Positions 38,255 through 51,689 of a stretch of DNA of 64,000 nucleotides are shown in pieces; position 1 is the first letter of the stretch; every line of letters begins with the position of its first letter. Origin of the DNA: Centroscyllium fabricii (Eukaryota); NCBI GenBank assembly GCA_051313645.2, contig JBNRSN020000005.1, positions 10,850,001-10,914,000 on the forward strand, written 5' to 3'. A program made the translations under genes and the position numbers. The notes under the pieces were generated by a model. It saw only the letters and a list, made by a program, of their open reading frames with translations. It did no database searches and was not told where the DNA came from.

Positions 38255-39055
38255 TTTTTTTTTTATCCTTTGATGGGATGTGGGCGTTGCTGGCTGGCTA
38301 GGCCTGCATTTAGTGCCCATCCCTAATTGCCCTTGAGAAGATGGTGGTGAGCCGCCTTCTTGAACGGCCGCAGTCCATATGGTGTAGGTACACCCACAAT
38401 GTTGTTAGGAAGGGAGTTCCAGGAATTTGGCCCAGCGACAGTGAAGGAGCAGCGATACAGGTCCAAGTCAGGATGGTATGTGGCTTGGAGGGGAACTTGT
38501 AGGTGGTGATGTTCCCATGCATCTGCTGCCCTTGTCCTTCTAAGTGGTAGAGGTCGCGGGTTTGGAAGGTGCTGTTGAAGGAGCTTTGGCGAGTTGCTGC
38601 AGTGCATCTTGTAGATGGTACACACTGCAGCCACAGTGCACTGGTGGTGGAGGGAGTGAATGCTGAAGGTGGTGGATGGAGTGCCAATCAAGCGGCCTGC
38701 TTTATCCTGAATGGTGTCGAGCTTCTTGAGTGTTGTTGGAGCTGCACTCATCCAGGCAAGTGGAGAGTATTCCATCACACTCCTGACTTGTGCCTTGTAG
38801 ATGATGGAAAGGCTTTGGGGAGTCAGGAGGTGAGACACTCGCCACAGAATTCCCAGCCTCTGGCCTGCTCTTGTAGCCACATTATTTATATGGCTGATCC
38901 AGTTCAGTTTCTGATCAATGGTAACCCCCCAGGATGTTGATAGTGGGGGATTCAGTGATGATAATGCCATTGAATGTCAAGGGGAGATGGTTAGAGTCTC
39001 GCTTGTTGGAGATGGTCATTGCCTGGCACTTGTGTGGTGCGAATGTTACTTGTCA
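38255..39055 (-). mobile_element. Second CR1/L2-group LINE family, 3' part
   Basis: ORF 38323..38970 (GVTIDQKLNW...YKAQVRSVMEYS). Confidence 0.9.
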
Positions 39056-39769
39056 CTTTAATGACTGTCAAACTTGCATAATCTTTTCTCAATCATATTG
39101 CCCCTCACCACTCTTCTCTACTTCCCACATCTCTCGTAGTTGCAGAGTCACGCTGGATTTCATTCCAAAGGTTACCCACCACCACTCTGGTATCTTGCCC
39201 AAGTGGCCATTGTCCATTAGTGAGGCTGGACAATGTCAGGAAGCTACTCAACTGTGTTGGGCATTGTAACTGAGCCCAATCTCACCCTCGCATTCATACA
39301 CACTCACACACTCACATACACTTTCCAACAGGGCTCACTGAATACCGCCTAAAAGGACAAGGGCAGCAGGCGTATGGGAACACCACCGCCTCCAAGTTCC
39401 CTCCAAGTCACACACCATCCTGACTTGGAAGTATATCGCCAATCCTTCATCGTCGCTGGGTCAAAATCCTGGAACACCCTCCCTAACAACACTGTGGGAG
39501 CACCTTCACCACACGGACTGCAGCGGTTCAAGAGTACCACTTCTCAAAGATATGCAGATTAGGTGAATTGGAGAAACTAAAAATTGCCCATGAGTATGTG
39601 TGTGAGATATAGTTCTTTGAGTTGGGGGTGTCAGGGGGATATGGGGAGAGGGTAGGAGGGGGGTGCTGGGTTTGGGTGATCAGCCATGATCTCATCAAAA
39701 TGGCAGAGCAGGCTCGAATGGCTGACTCCTGCTCCTATCTTCTGTGTTTCTGTGTTTACTTGCGGTCAT

Positions 39770-40220
39770 TCAAAACTCGGCTGCCCGTGTCCTAACTCAC
39801 ACCAAATCCCATTCTCCCATCACCACTATGCTCTCTGACCTACATTGGCTCCCGGTTAAGCAATTTTAAAATTATCATCCTTGTTTTCAAATCCCTCCAT
39901 TGCCTCACCCCTCCCTATCTCTGTAACCTCCTCCAGCCCCACAACCCTCCGAGATCTCCGCGCTCCTCTAATTCTGGCCTCTTGACCATCCCCAATTTTC
40001 ATCGCTCCACCATTGGCGGCCGTGCCTTCAGCTGCATAGGCCCTTACGTTCTGGAATTCCCTCCCTAAACCTCTCCGCCTCTCTCTCCTCCTTTAAGAGG
40101 CTCCTTAAAACCTGCCTCTTTGACCAAGCTTTTGGTCACCAGCCCTAATACCTCCTTATGTTGCTCAGTGTCAAATTTTATTTGATAACGCTCCATGTGA
40201 AGCGCCTTGGGACATTTTAC
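39770..40220 (+). mobile_element. L2-clade LINE 3' fragment
   Basis: Encodes QNSAARVLT...ITTMLSDLHWLPV; reverse copy at 55778-56236. Confidence 0.75.
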
Positions 40221-40722
40221 ATAGAAACATAGAAGATAGGAGCAGGAGTAGGCCATTCGGCCCCTCGAGCCTGCTCCGCCATTCAATGCGATCATGGCTG
40301 ATCATCCAAACTCAGTACCCTGTCCCTGCCTTCTCCCCATATCCCTTGATCCCTCTAGCCTTAAGAAATACATCCAGCTCCTTCTTGAATATATTCAATG
40401 AACTAGCCTCCACCGCCTTCTGTGGTAGAGAATTCCACAGGTTCACCACTCTCTGGGTGAAGAAATTCCTCCTCATCTCTGTCCTAAATGAGTTACCCCT
40501 TATCCTTAGACTATGACCCCTGGTTCTGGACTCCCCGACCATCGGGAACATTCTTCCTGCATCAAGTTTGTCCAGACCAGTTAGAATTTTATACGTTTCG
40601 ATGAGATCCCCTCTCAATCGTCTAAACTCCAGAGAGTACAAACCCAGTCTACCCAGTCTCTCCCCATACGTCAATCCTGCCATCCCAGGTATCAGCCTGG
40701 TGAATCTCCTCTGGACTCCCTC
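40220..40722 (-). mobile_element. CR1 3' fragment
   Basis: ORF 40312..40800. Confidence 0.9.
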
Positions 40723-41136
40723 CACGTTAAAGGTGCTATATAAACACAAGTTGTTGTTGCTGCATGTCAAATCAGAATTCCGAGCCAGAGTTCCACTCAC
40801 CCAGAATGCCTGGAGCGGGATTCAAACCCTTACACCTTCCGAATCGGAGGCGGGAATTCTACCACTGAGCCAAATAATACCTCACGCTGTCCGTTGATGA
40901 GCTGCATTATCCACCTTCACAGCCGTCATAGTAAAGTGGGCTGATTGTACTTTTGACAGCACCTTACACGATCTAATTGAATGGCAGGACAGGCTTGAGG
41001 GGCTGAATGGCCTCCACCCGTTCCTATAATTGTCAAATCAATCACCAGAAAGAAGCCACCGGGGCAGGGGCAACGAGAGATGAGCGTCAATTGTGGTCTG
41101 GCCACATGCTAAGAATAAAGGAAAGTTGTGAAAATA

Positions 41137-41950
41137 ATTCGCCCTGTTTTCCTGTGCTCCAGAGGAGCTGCACACCCACGAAGGGGGTTCAGAAATGCCT
41201 CGTGGGTGTGCAGCACGGGTGATTCCCACGAACGGGAATTTCCTGTGCTGATGGGCAAGGCCCGTCGGCTCCCAATGCAGGAAGACCTTGCACTGACGAT
41301 TTCCTGTCAGAACGGGTGATTTTTGGAGAGTGATTCCGTGTGCAACTGGCTCACAAGCTGCACATTTAAAAACCAGTAGTAAGAGGGAGAAGATTTAGTT
41401 AATTTTTTAACTTTAATTTTAATTTTTTACAGTTTTTGGGAGTAGTGTGGCCAGATCGGTAGCGTTAAATTTTTAAGTTAAAGTTTTTTAAAAAATGTTA
41501 CAAATCCGATTTTAAGTTAATTTACCTGTTTCAAATCGCTAATTTTTAAAGTTAAATTTCTGAAATTGTAACTCTCTAGCTATAAAAAATCTAAGAGGAA
41601 AAAATGGCAGACTTACCTTCTGTTTCTTCCTCTGAGAAGCTGCTGTGCCCCCGCGCTGCTCCCCGCCAATCTGTCAGTGCAGCTCCACACTTCCCTGCTC
41701 TCACAAAGGTCCGACTCGGGATCTGTTTATTTAAATTAGGGATCTGGGGGGCGTTTTTTATTTAAATTTGGGATCTGTGGGCGGGGCTTACACTGCGCAC
41801 CTAGCGTGGCTGGACTGCCACGCAGCGCAGGAACGTGGAGGAACGGAGAGGAAATTGACGTTCACACTTCTATGCAATGTTGGTGCGTGCGATTAGGAGT
41901 CCCCAGGGTCCTAGCGCATGCACTAACCGGCGAACAGGAAAACAGGGCCC
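41137..41950. mobile_element. MITE with TIR GCCCTGTTTTCCTG and AT-rich core
   Basis: gccctgttttcctg ... caggaaaacagggc. Confidence 0.7.
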
Positions 41951-42152
41951 AATGAACGCATTGCATACGTGATTGGTCAGTGTAAAATATCAGCACATTT
42001 ACATGATGCTTGTTCACTGGTCAATATCACTCCTGCCGAAAGCCCTCAATGCAGACCCTACATGCTATCCTATATATACACAGAAAGAAGACTCATAAGA
42101 TACAATTGTTAAGAGTCTCGGGTTATTATTTATTTATTTATTTCCCTTACAG

Positions 42153-42280
42153 GACATCTCAGGGACTGCACCACAAATAGATGCTCTCAACACAAGGATC
42201 CTGACCTTCATCACCCATATAGGATGTGGTATCTCAGCCATCTTTTCAGCAACGACACTTCTGACATATGTGGCCTTTGA
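42153..42280 (+). CDS. ADGRG6: ADGRG6 exon (Stachel end + TM1, [43 protein letters not shown])
   Basis: ttacag acceptor, gtgagt donor. [19 protein letters not shown] as in GPR126. Confidence 0.95.
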
Positions 42281-42831
42281 GTGAGTGACTTTTTAACTCG
42301 TGTGTAGGGAGAGCTTGTAATGCTGGGTTTACTAGTGGGGAACCGTAGCAGGATGGTTATGTTACTGGGCTAGTAATCGCAGAGGCACTGGACTAATGAC
42401 CCAGAGACGTGAGTTCATAATCCCACCATGGCAGCTGGGGAATTTAAATTCAGTTAATTAAATAAACCTGGAATAAAAAGCTAGTGTCAGGAATGGTGAC
42501 CATGAAGCTACCGGATTGTTGTAAAAACCCATCAGGTTCATGGATGTCCTTTATGAAAGGAAATCTGCCATCCTTACCCAGTCTGGCCTATATGTGACTC
42601 CAGACCCACAGCAATGTGATTGACTCTTAACTGCCCTCTGCTCTTCAAGAAGGCGGATCACCACCACCTTCTCGAGGGCAATTAGAGATGGGCAATAAAT
42701 GCCGGCCTTGACAGCGACGTCCACATCCCATGAAGGAATTTTTAATTTGGACCCAGCAAAGGGGGAAGATAACAGGGCCTCAGTTGTGTGGAGCCAGGGA
42801 CACAGATTCATACATTTCCCTGTTTTGTATC

Positions 42832-43233
42832 TGTTAAGTCTAAGGTTATTACGAGGCAAATAACGACAGACTCAAGTTAAGTTCTCAACTGGGTGATGTT
42901 TACTGGCATGGTAAAATCACAACTTAACCCGTGGCGCTTTTTACGCCAACATATTTACATTAGCTTACAGCATAGTCTAGTAGAGGACTAATAGCGAACT
43001 CATCGAGGACTGAGGACTAAGGAAGGACTGAACAGGAACTACACATGCAAGCTTAAATACACACGACAGTGGCTGGTAAGGGTACTGCAGCCTGGTAATA
43101 TCACATGATACAGTGCCCAGCACCATCCTTAAAGGCACAGGCCATCGTATAGCACCGGGGTGATATAGAGGGGTGATGCCGAGGTAGAGTCTAGCATCAT
43201 CAGTACATAGGTGTATGTTGTCCATACACCACA
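42832..43233 (-). mobile_element. Solo LTR (402 bp), TSD GTATC
   Basis: gtatc|TGTT...CCACA|gtatc; AGTAAA on the minus strand near 42900. Confidence 0.82.
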
Positions 43234-44020
43234 GTATCCATTCTCAATACCAGGAAGTCACTGGTCAGATGCCATTTTATAAAGCTCATTTAAATTAAAA
43301 AATAGCCAATGTTTTCTAAGCCTGAGATTCCAAGGTGGGAGGGAGGGAGGGAGGGGAGGATTTGTGGGGGAGGTGGGTGAATGCACGGGGACAACCTGTA
43401 AAGGCCACAAAATTAGAGGTCCTGTCGAATTTAACAGCTGGGCCTTGTTTATATAACACGCCCGACAATCTGACCTGATCGATAGCCGGTCAGGAGCGCA
43501 GCCAGGGACCCATGGAGAGGGTACCTGGCGGTTACTGTGGGAGGGTGAAAGTTTGCGTCTGCGATTGGGAGAACGGGGGTGGTGGCCCCAGCACAAGGGA
43601 GGCCCAAGGCCACTCCTGCCCCTCCTAGCCCACTAGGAAACCTGAGAAATAAATTTAAAGATTACCTTCTGGGCCTCTTCTGGCCCAGGAGTTGACTCCC
43701 GGATGGTTTTGCTCAAGAACCAGGGATGTACCTCCCCAGACAGAATAGGTCCTTCCAGATATACACTTCCCCTGAGTGGGACAAGCTTTACCAGTGATAT
43801 AGGCCCTGATTTTAACTGCCCCCCCGTACCTGGCCGAAACCGGGCTGGGGGAGCAGTTAAAATCACGGGAGTCACTTACCCCCCTCCCCTTCCGATCCCG
43901 CTTTCTTCCCGCCGTGTCCCCATATTAACCCGCTCTTTTGAGCATGCGAACGGGCCACCCACAGGAAAAAACCAGAGTCTTTGTTTTAAGTATGATCAGG
44001 TCCACTTATTACCGCCATTC

Positions 44021-45465
44021 TTTTCGCCGGAAGGCCGGGAACCTGGCGGGGATTGGTCTGGGCCACCTCCGGCCCCGCCCGCTCAAACAGCTGGGAAGGC
44101 CACGCAATTTTAGTTTAATTAGGTTGTTAAATCCACGCCGGCGGCAGCGGGAGGCAATTAGGTCAATCAAGTCGAGCTGCATCGGGGCTGCGAGCAGCTT
44201 GATTGACAGTTCCAGCACTGGTTGTTGACAGTTCCCATGGAAACACTCCACTGTGACATCACAGTGGAGTGGAACCAATGGGAACGGTCAAGTGCTGGTG
44301 ACTGACAGGTGGGCGGGCGGGCTCAGAATTCTTGACAGCTCGGCAGCAGCTGTGAGGCAATGTTCAGAACGGAGTTTTCTCAGTCTCTGCTCACAGCTGC
44401 TGCAGCCACAGCGGAGTTACTTACTCCTCTAAGGTGCTGGAGGCATGCCAAGCATTTCACAGCATGTCCCTCAGCACCTTGAAGGAGAACGTTATAACCA
44501 GCGCTGTGTTCCCGCTGGGTTTCACTGCCCCCCCCAACCTGGCCGAAACCACTTTCTTCCCACCGTGTCCCCGTATTAATGCGCTCTTTTGAGCATGCGA
44601 ACGGGACACCCACAGGAAAGAACCGGAGTCTTTGTTTTAAGTATGATCAGGTCCACTTATTACCGCCATTCTTACTTTAGTTAAACCTTCTGCCAAAAGC
44701 TGAAATGACCAGTGTTGATAAAATGGTAAATCGATGAGCAAACACATAGAGAGCCTTTAACATAAATTATTCACCCAGCGGGGTTTAGGGTGGTGGGGTT
44801 AGAAACATAGAAACATAGAAGATAGGAGCAGGAGTAGGCCATTTGGTCCTTCAAGCCTGCTCCGCCATTCGATGAGATCATGGCTGATCATCCAAACCCA
44901 GTACTCTGTCCCTGCCTTGTCCCCATATCCCTCGATCCCTATCGAGCCTGCACTGACACACATCCCACCCTATCCCCGTAACCCCACATATTTAATCCCC
45001 CTAACACTAAGGGTCAATTTATCATGGCCAATCAACCTAACCCGCACATCTTTGGACTGTGGGAGGAAACCGGAGCACCCGGAGGAAACCCACGCAGACA
45101 CGGGGAGAATGTGCAAACTCCACACAGATAGTACCCGAGGCCGGATTTGAACCCGGGTCTCTAGAGCTGTGAGACAACAGTGCTAACCACTATGCCACCG
45201 TTAGGGCGGGAAACAGGGCAAAATGGCTGAGGGCACTTAAAATGGCATTAAAGATGCCAATTAAGGGCCCTTAACGAGGTGACAACCCATCCCCGCTGGC
45301 CGGCGGCGGGAAGGTTTCGGGGCGGGGAACCTGGGTGGGGGGAAATGCGAAAGCGGCGGGGGGGGGGAGGGGGGGGGGGTGGAGTGGGCCAGACCTGCCG
45401 GTTCTGCTCTCTTGCCGGCCGGGCCGCCGAAAACCCCGCCTCACAGGGACATGAAAATCCCCCCC
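44021..45465. mobile_element. Rearranged MITE C copy (reverse) with nested V-SINE (44800-45200)
   Basis: Reverse complement of 7669-8305 plus 11436-11595. Confidence 0.8.
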
Positions 45466-46357
45466 TCGTAGTGGAGACACCAAACTTGTGTTCCACAAGC
45501 CTGCAGATTGAAGGAGGAAAGGGAACCTGAGGGAAGTGAGGAGTTCCATGGTATTGAGATTATGGGAGGGAATGAGTTAAGAGTAGGAGACAATGCGATG
45601 AGTCCCGATTTCAATTCAATTCAATTCAATTCAAATTGCTTTATTGGCATGACAAGATACATCTTAAGAACATAAGAAATAGGAGCAGGAGTCGGCCAAT
45701 CGGCCCTTCGAGCCCGCCCCGCCATTCAACAAGATCATGGCTGATCTGATCCTAACAACCAACCAACTATCACAGAAAGCGGCGGGAGGGGTGGGCCGGA
45801 CCTGCCGTTGCCAAAGCACAGAAAAAGAACATATACACTTGAACACACAAACGCAGATCTAGACATACAGTAAATGGACAAATATACCCATGTATACATA
45901 TATGCACACATATAATACACATATAATCTTTTTTTTAGCTTCAGTGGTCACTGGTTGTCCCTCTGCTTATGGCAATCTGTGACGTAGTTTGCCGCTAATT
46001 TTATACAGTTCCTCTGTTCCCCCAATAGATATGGGAGTTTTTGGTGGTCATTCAAATTTTTGAATTCAGGGCATGTTTTTATTAATTTTGGGTAGAAATT
46101 CCCCTTATGTCCTGATAGTTTTCACAGTGAAGATGCAGAAAGGGAGAAAGGGAGAAAGAAAGGGAGAAAGAAAGAAAGAAAGGGAGAAAGAAAGAAAGAA
46201 AGAGCATTTAAATAGCGCCTTTCATGACCTCAGGACGTCCCAAAGTGCTTTACAGCCAATGGTGTACTTTTGAAGTGTAGTCACTGCTGTAATGTTGGGG
46301 CAAGAAGAATGCGTAGGACAAGCTTAAATTAAACATTTCTTTTCCCCCCCCGTCTAG

Positions 46358-46626
46358 GAAACTGCGACGGGATTACCCATCGAAGATCCTGATGAACCTC
46401 AGCACGTCGCTCTTTTTCCTGAACCTTCTGTTCCTGATCGATGGCTGGCTCGCATCGTTCAACATTCCCGGCCTGTGCATTGCTGTTGCAGCGTTCCTTC
46501 ACTTCTTCCTGCTCGCCTCCTTCACCTGGATGGGATTGGAGGCCGTTCACATGTACATAGCCTTGGTGAAGGTCTTTAACACGTACATCAGGAAGTACAT
46601 GCTGAAATTCTTTATCATTGGATGGG
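46358..46626 (+). CDS. ADGRG6: ADGRG6 exon (TM2-TM4, [18 protein letters not shown]...KFFIIGWG)
   Basis: gtctag acceptor, gtaagt donor. Overlaps ORF 46392..46784; family-B GPCR motifs HFFLLAxFxWMGLEA and GWG. Confidence 0.96.
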
Positions 46627-46766
46627 GTAAGTTGGATTGGGAAAGAAACGATTCAAGTTCTACCCTTTTCTTTTGTTTTCACCTGTTCTCGGGATGTGGG
46701 CAATCCTGGAAGGGTTGCCTTTATTGTCCGTCCCTAGTTCTTTTGTGCTTCAACCAATTGTTAGTA

Positions 46767-47255
46767 CAGGTTGAGCACCGGTAATCTGTTACCCGAAACG
46801 GCGGCAACTTCAGTCCTCCGGAACAAATTGCCCCAACTGCACTGCGCATGCGCAAAATGGCAGCCGCGATTGCGGCTTTGGCGAATGATCTGCGCATGCG
46901 CCACCGGACGGCGCGCGCATGCGCAGGTCATTCAAAACGGCCGCCGGACGAGCCGGGCCTTCCGTGGCGTCAGGGCGCGACAGCTTGCGGCGCGTTTTGA
47001 ATGTGCGAGTCCCGAGCGCCCGCCATGGTGAAGCGCGCGGTTCCCCGGTGCAGCCTGCTGGCCGCCATCAGGAGGCACAAACTGCAGCTGAGACTCCGCA
47101 AGGACGTTCGGCGGCCATTTCTAATGTTGTGCGCATGCGCGTGGCCATTTTGAATGGTGCGCGCATGTGCACTGACCGACTTCATTCTGCCGGTTTTTTC
47201 ACTTTCCCGGCACGGGCCTGGTCCCGCCCATGCCGGATTACCGGTGCTCAACCTG
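46767..47255. mobile_element. MITE family F, no minisatellite, TA TSD
   Basis: ta|caggttgagcaccggtaatc ... gattaccggtgctcaacctg|ta, a perfect 20-bp TIR. Confidence 0.92.
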
Positions 47256-47309
47256 TACAACTGAATGGCTTGCTGTGACATTTCAGAGGGTATTAAGGGT
47301 CCAGAAGAT

Positions 47310-48045
47310 AAAAATTCTAACCACCGCCCCTTGACATTCAACGGCATTACCATTGTCTAATCCCCCCACCATCAACATCTTGGGGCCCACTATTGACCAG
47401 AAACTAAACTGGGCCAGCCACATAAATACTGTGGCAAAAAGAGCAGGTCAGAGGCTGGGTATTCTGCGGCGAGCGTCTCACCTCCTGACTCCCCAAAGCC
47501 TTTCCACCATCTACAAGGTACAAGTCAGGAGTGTGATGGAATACTCTCCACTTGCCTGGATGAGTGCAGCTCCAACAACACTCAAGAAGCTTAACACCAC
47601 CCAGGACAAAGCAGCCCACTTGATTGGCACCCCATCCACCACCTCCAACATTCACTCCCTCCACCACCGGTGTACCGTGGCTGCAGGGTGTACCATCTAC
47701 AAGATGCACTGCAGTGACTCACTAAGGCTCCTTCGGCAGCACCTCCCAAACCCGCGACCTCTTCCACCTAGAAGGACAAGTGCAGCAGGCGTATGGGAGC
47801 ACCACCACCTCCAAGTTTCCCTCCAAGCCACACACCATCTTGATGTGGAAATACATCACCGTTCCTTCATCGTTGCTGGGTCAAAATCCTGGAACTCCCC
47901 CCCTAACAGCACTGTGGGAGCGCCTTCACTACACAGACTGCAGCGGTTCAAGAAGGCGGCTCACCACCACCTCTCAAGGGCAACTAGGGATGAGCAATAA
48001 ATGCCGGCCTAGCCAGCGATACTCACATCCCGAGAATGAAAAAAA
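47310..48045 (+). mobile_element. Second CR1/L2-group LINE family, 3' part
   Basis: ORF 47353..48000. Confidence 0.9.
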
Positions 48046-48054
48046 CACTTATAA

Positions 48055-48881
48055 GAGGTCAATTTTCCTCAAGGTGTGGGGAATTGGTGGGTTTCCCGCT
48101 GATCACTTTTTCTTCCCGCTTTCTGAAGGGTGTGGGAGCCCCACGCAATTTTGGCTCAATTGGCCAATTAAGTCCCTGAGTGTGGGATGACCCTGCCAAT
48201 TGATTGATTTCAGATAGAAAGCCGTTGGGCTTCCCACTGTGTAACCAGCAGAGCCGATGGTTGACAGCTCTAAGTGGTCTGGTCTGTTTGTTTCTGTGGT
48301 TTCAGTGGATTATGACATCACAATCCACTGTCAACAGAAACGAACTGCAAGTCGATGATTGACAGCTCTAAGTGGTTTGTTTTACTGCAGGCTGCTGACA
48401 GCTAGGGAACGCCTATCTGTCAATCACTAGGAAGCAGCTGGAAGGTAAGCTTTTGAAAGGTTTTTTCCCACTAATCTTGGACACCCTAGGGAGACAGTTA
48501 GACCTCCAGCATGCTGGAGGCCAGGAAGCCATTTTGCTACAGGTGCTTCAATGCCTTGAAGGTGGAAGTCACCAAGCCGAATGTGCCTCCGCCAGGTTTC
48601 AACGGCGGTGTTCCCACCAGGTGGGTTTTGTGTGGGAAAAGGCTCAAAATATCTATGGGCCCTTAAAATGGCATTACAGATGCCAATTAAGGGCCCCTAA
48701 TGAGCCTAACGACCATCCCCGCCAGTGCGGGGCTGGACTGAAGCGGGTCGATCGGACCCCCGGCCTGAAACTGACAAGCTGGCGGGAAACCGGCGGGAGG
48801 GGTCGTGACCCCCCTGTTTTAGCGATTTTCCCTCCCCGGCCGCCAAAAAAGTCGCCTGTCGGCTCCAGGAAAATTGACCCC
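48055..48881. mobile_element. MITE family B
   Basis: gaggtcaattttcct ... aggaaaattgacccc; arms match 12903-13629. Confidence 0.88.
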
Positions 48882-49112
48882 TTACTGTGTACGATATAGC
48901 ACATTATATGACACGGGTAGAGGGTTACACTTCTTGTTTATTACACATTCCTCACCTACAGGGATTGGTATTCTCTTGGATTCTTCCACTTTTTTTCTGG
49001 TTGCTTATCCTGTATATATTTCCCACCAAGGTTGGGGAGTGGGATGGGGGGCGGGGGTGAAATGCATTGTTCTTCAAGGGCTCTATACTTCTTGCACATT
49101 GTGTGTTCACAG

Positions 49113-49215
49113 GTTTACCGGCACTGGTGGTGGTAATTGTTCTTGCGATCAACAAGAATTTCTACGGGGAGGACCTGTACGGAAAGGATGACACCGACAC
49201 TGGAGCCTCAGAATT
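49113..49215 (+). CDS. ADGRG6: ADGRG6 exon (LPALVVVIVLAINKNFYGEDLYGKDDTDTGASEF)
   Basis: tcacag acceptor, gtgagt donor. Completes GWGLPALVV and ECL2. Confidence 0.93.
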
Positions 49216-49708
49216 GTGAGTTATGCAACTTATATACCAGCGCAATTGGATGTGGTAAAGAACAGGTGGGGAATCGGACTAATTGGATAGCTCTTTCACA
49301 GAGACGCCACAGACACGATGGCCTCCTGTGTGCTGTAACATTCGATGATTCTATGGTAAGAGATAATGGCCCAGAAATTCGGGTCGGAGGCTTCCCGCGT
49401 GTGCAAGCCTCCAACCTGCACTTACCTTGCGCGCCGGCCGTTGAGCTGTGGGCCCGCGTGGAATTCCGATCCGGGGCCTGCTTCAACTGCCGGCGCGCTG
49501 TGCTTTCGTATCCCAGCGGCGCAGTTAGTGCGATGGATCATGTGGACCATGGAGAGCCAATCAGAGCAGAGAATGCTCCATTCATATGTTTGACAGGAAA
49601 CGCTGTCAAAACTATGAAAACTACAAGCCCCAAAATATCACTGAAGCTTCAAATATATTTTTTTTAAATCACACATGTAAAATAACTATAAATTACATGA
49701 AATAACTG

Positions 49709-50575
49709 CAGGTACACAATCCTTTATCCGCGACTACGAAAACCGAAAACCTCCAAAAACCGAAATTTCAAATGACCCGAGTTGCGCGTGGAAAATGACC
49801 CGACGCGACCGACGTGACCCACGCAGGTCAGAGGCATCAGTATCTGACTGCTGATTTCCGATATTTTTGCGAATTTGCGCTGTTATTTTTTGGAAAAATG
49901 CCTAAAAGAGCAGTAGACTGACCCACTTTTCAGATCATTCAAAATGGCTGCCGGAAGTTTAAACTCAGCGGATGCAGCCAATCACAGCCCCCGTGCTCAC
50001 ACACCACCTGATCCTAGACAGGCAAGCTCCACCAATCACAGCCCAGCTCACACACCACCTGATCCTAGGCAAGCTCCACCAATCACAGTCCCGGGCTGCT
50101 CCTCATACACCAACTAACCCCAGACCACCAATCACAGCCCCGGGCTGCACCTCACACACCACCTGACCCCCAGACTGGCAAATCTCACCAATCACAGCCC
50201 ACCTCACACACCACCTGACCATAGGCAGGCAAGCTCCACCAATCACAGACCCGGGCTGCTCCTCACACACCACCTGACCCCCAGACAGGCAAGTCTCACC
50301 AATCACAGCCCACCTCACACACCACCTAACCATAGGCAAGCAAGCTCCACCAAGCATCAATCGCGGCAGCCATTTTGCGCAGGGCAGTCGGGGCAATTTA
50401 TGCCAGACGACTGAAGCTGCCGGCTAACAGTTAACCGATTAACGGTGTACAACCTGTATTTACAAGATTCGCTGCAGAAAAACGTATGTTAATGCGACCA
50501 TTCCGAAAACCGAAATTATCCGAAATCCGAGAACCGTCCGGTCCCGAGGTTTTTGGATAAAGGATTGTGTACCTG
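49709..50575. mobile_element. MITE E containing a one-ended MITE F fragment (49931-50456) with CCAAT-box repeats
   Basis: caggtacacaatcctttatcc ... ggataaaggattgtgtacctg; inner end ggtgtacaacctg|ta. Confidence 0.85.
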
Positions 50576-50984
50576 TATTTTAAACAATAATTTAAACTTT
50601 TGAAAAAATTTATTATTTTTCCTAACGGGGCTAAAAATGAACTTACCTTTCTTTAAAGTATTTAAAAATAATAAACCTATGGAAAAAATGTTAGAATTTG
50701 AATTAATTCAGCACTTACCTTGTTAAAAGCAGGCCTATGGCTGCTTTTTTCGAGTCTAACTTTTTCTCACTTACCTGGACAGAAAAACCTGAAAAAAAAG
50801 CGTAAGTGCAATGCGCACGCGCTGCCGCTCCTACGCACACGCTTCACTTCGTAACCCCTTAGTTCGGGGAATGGAAGTGCCGGCTTCCCGCGCATGTGCA
50901 GTGCATGCAGGATACCGGCACTTTCCAATGGCCTATGGGTGAGTAACCCATCCATACTCACGTGTTCAGAGGCCAATTTCAGGG

Positions 50985-51286
50985 TGTGGTAACCGTTATA
51001 TATGTACTCTTTTACCACCTCAATATTGTTGCCAATATTGTATTGCATGTATAGCGGCCGGGTGCATAATACACTACCTTGTATTGCGACCCTGTTGCGG
51101 GGTCAGGTCAGCCACACCTCTAACTCCTCCCCTCAGGTGAGTGCCTTATAGGTGGGGACTGACGTGCCCCCATTCATTCTGTACCTGGTGTTCGATCGGA
51201 GCGTAGCTCCTTTGTAAGCTAATAAAAGCCTCTAGTTAAGGTAACTACGCGTCTTTAGTTTTATTAAGACTATTGACGATACGTCA
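50985..51286 (+). mobile_element. Solo LTR (302 bp), TSD CAGGG
   Basis: caggg|TGTGGT...ACGTCA|caggg; AATAAA at 51221. Confidence 0.85.
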
Positions 51287-51689
51287 CAGGGCCAATAGCC
51301 TGGATTTTCCATTGAGCCATGCATTTCATAGAATCATAGAATCACGCAATGATACAGAACCAAAGGAGGCCATTCAGCACATTTTGTCTGTGGTTTCAAT
51401 TAATCTCATGACCCCAGCTCTTTCCTCATAGGCCTGTAACTTGTTTTTACCTTCAAGTATTCATCCAATTCTCTTTTGAAAGATACCATTTCATCTGCTT
51501 CCACCGCCCTTTGAGGCAGCGCGTTCCAGATCACAACAACTTGCTGCATCAAAGATTTGTTTCCTCCTGTCGCCTCTGGTTCTTTTGCCAATTACCTTAA
51601 ACAGCATTTACTATCCTATCATGCAGCAAACTTATATGGCCCTCACCACCTGAAGCCATTTTGCACAACAAGAACTGGCTTAAAATAAT

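Larger units (their letters stand above)
49369..51293. mobile_element. MITE A, TSD AAT, with three nested insertions
   Basis: aat|ggcccagaaatt ... aatttcaggg[LTR]cc|aat. Confidence 0.85.
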
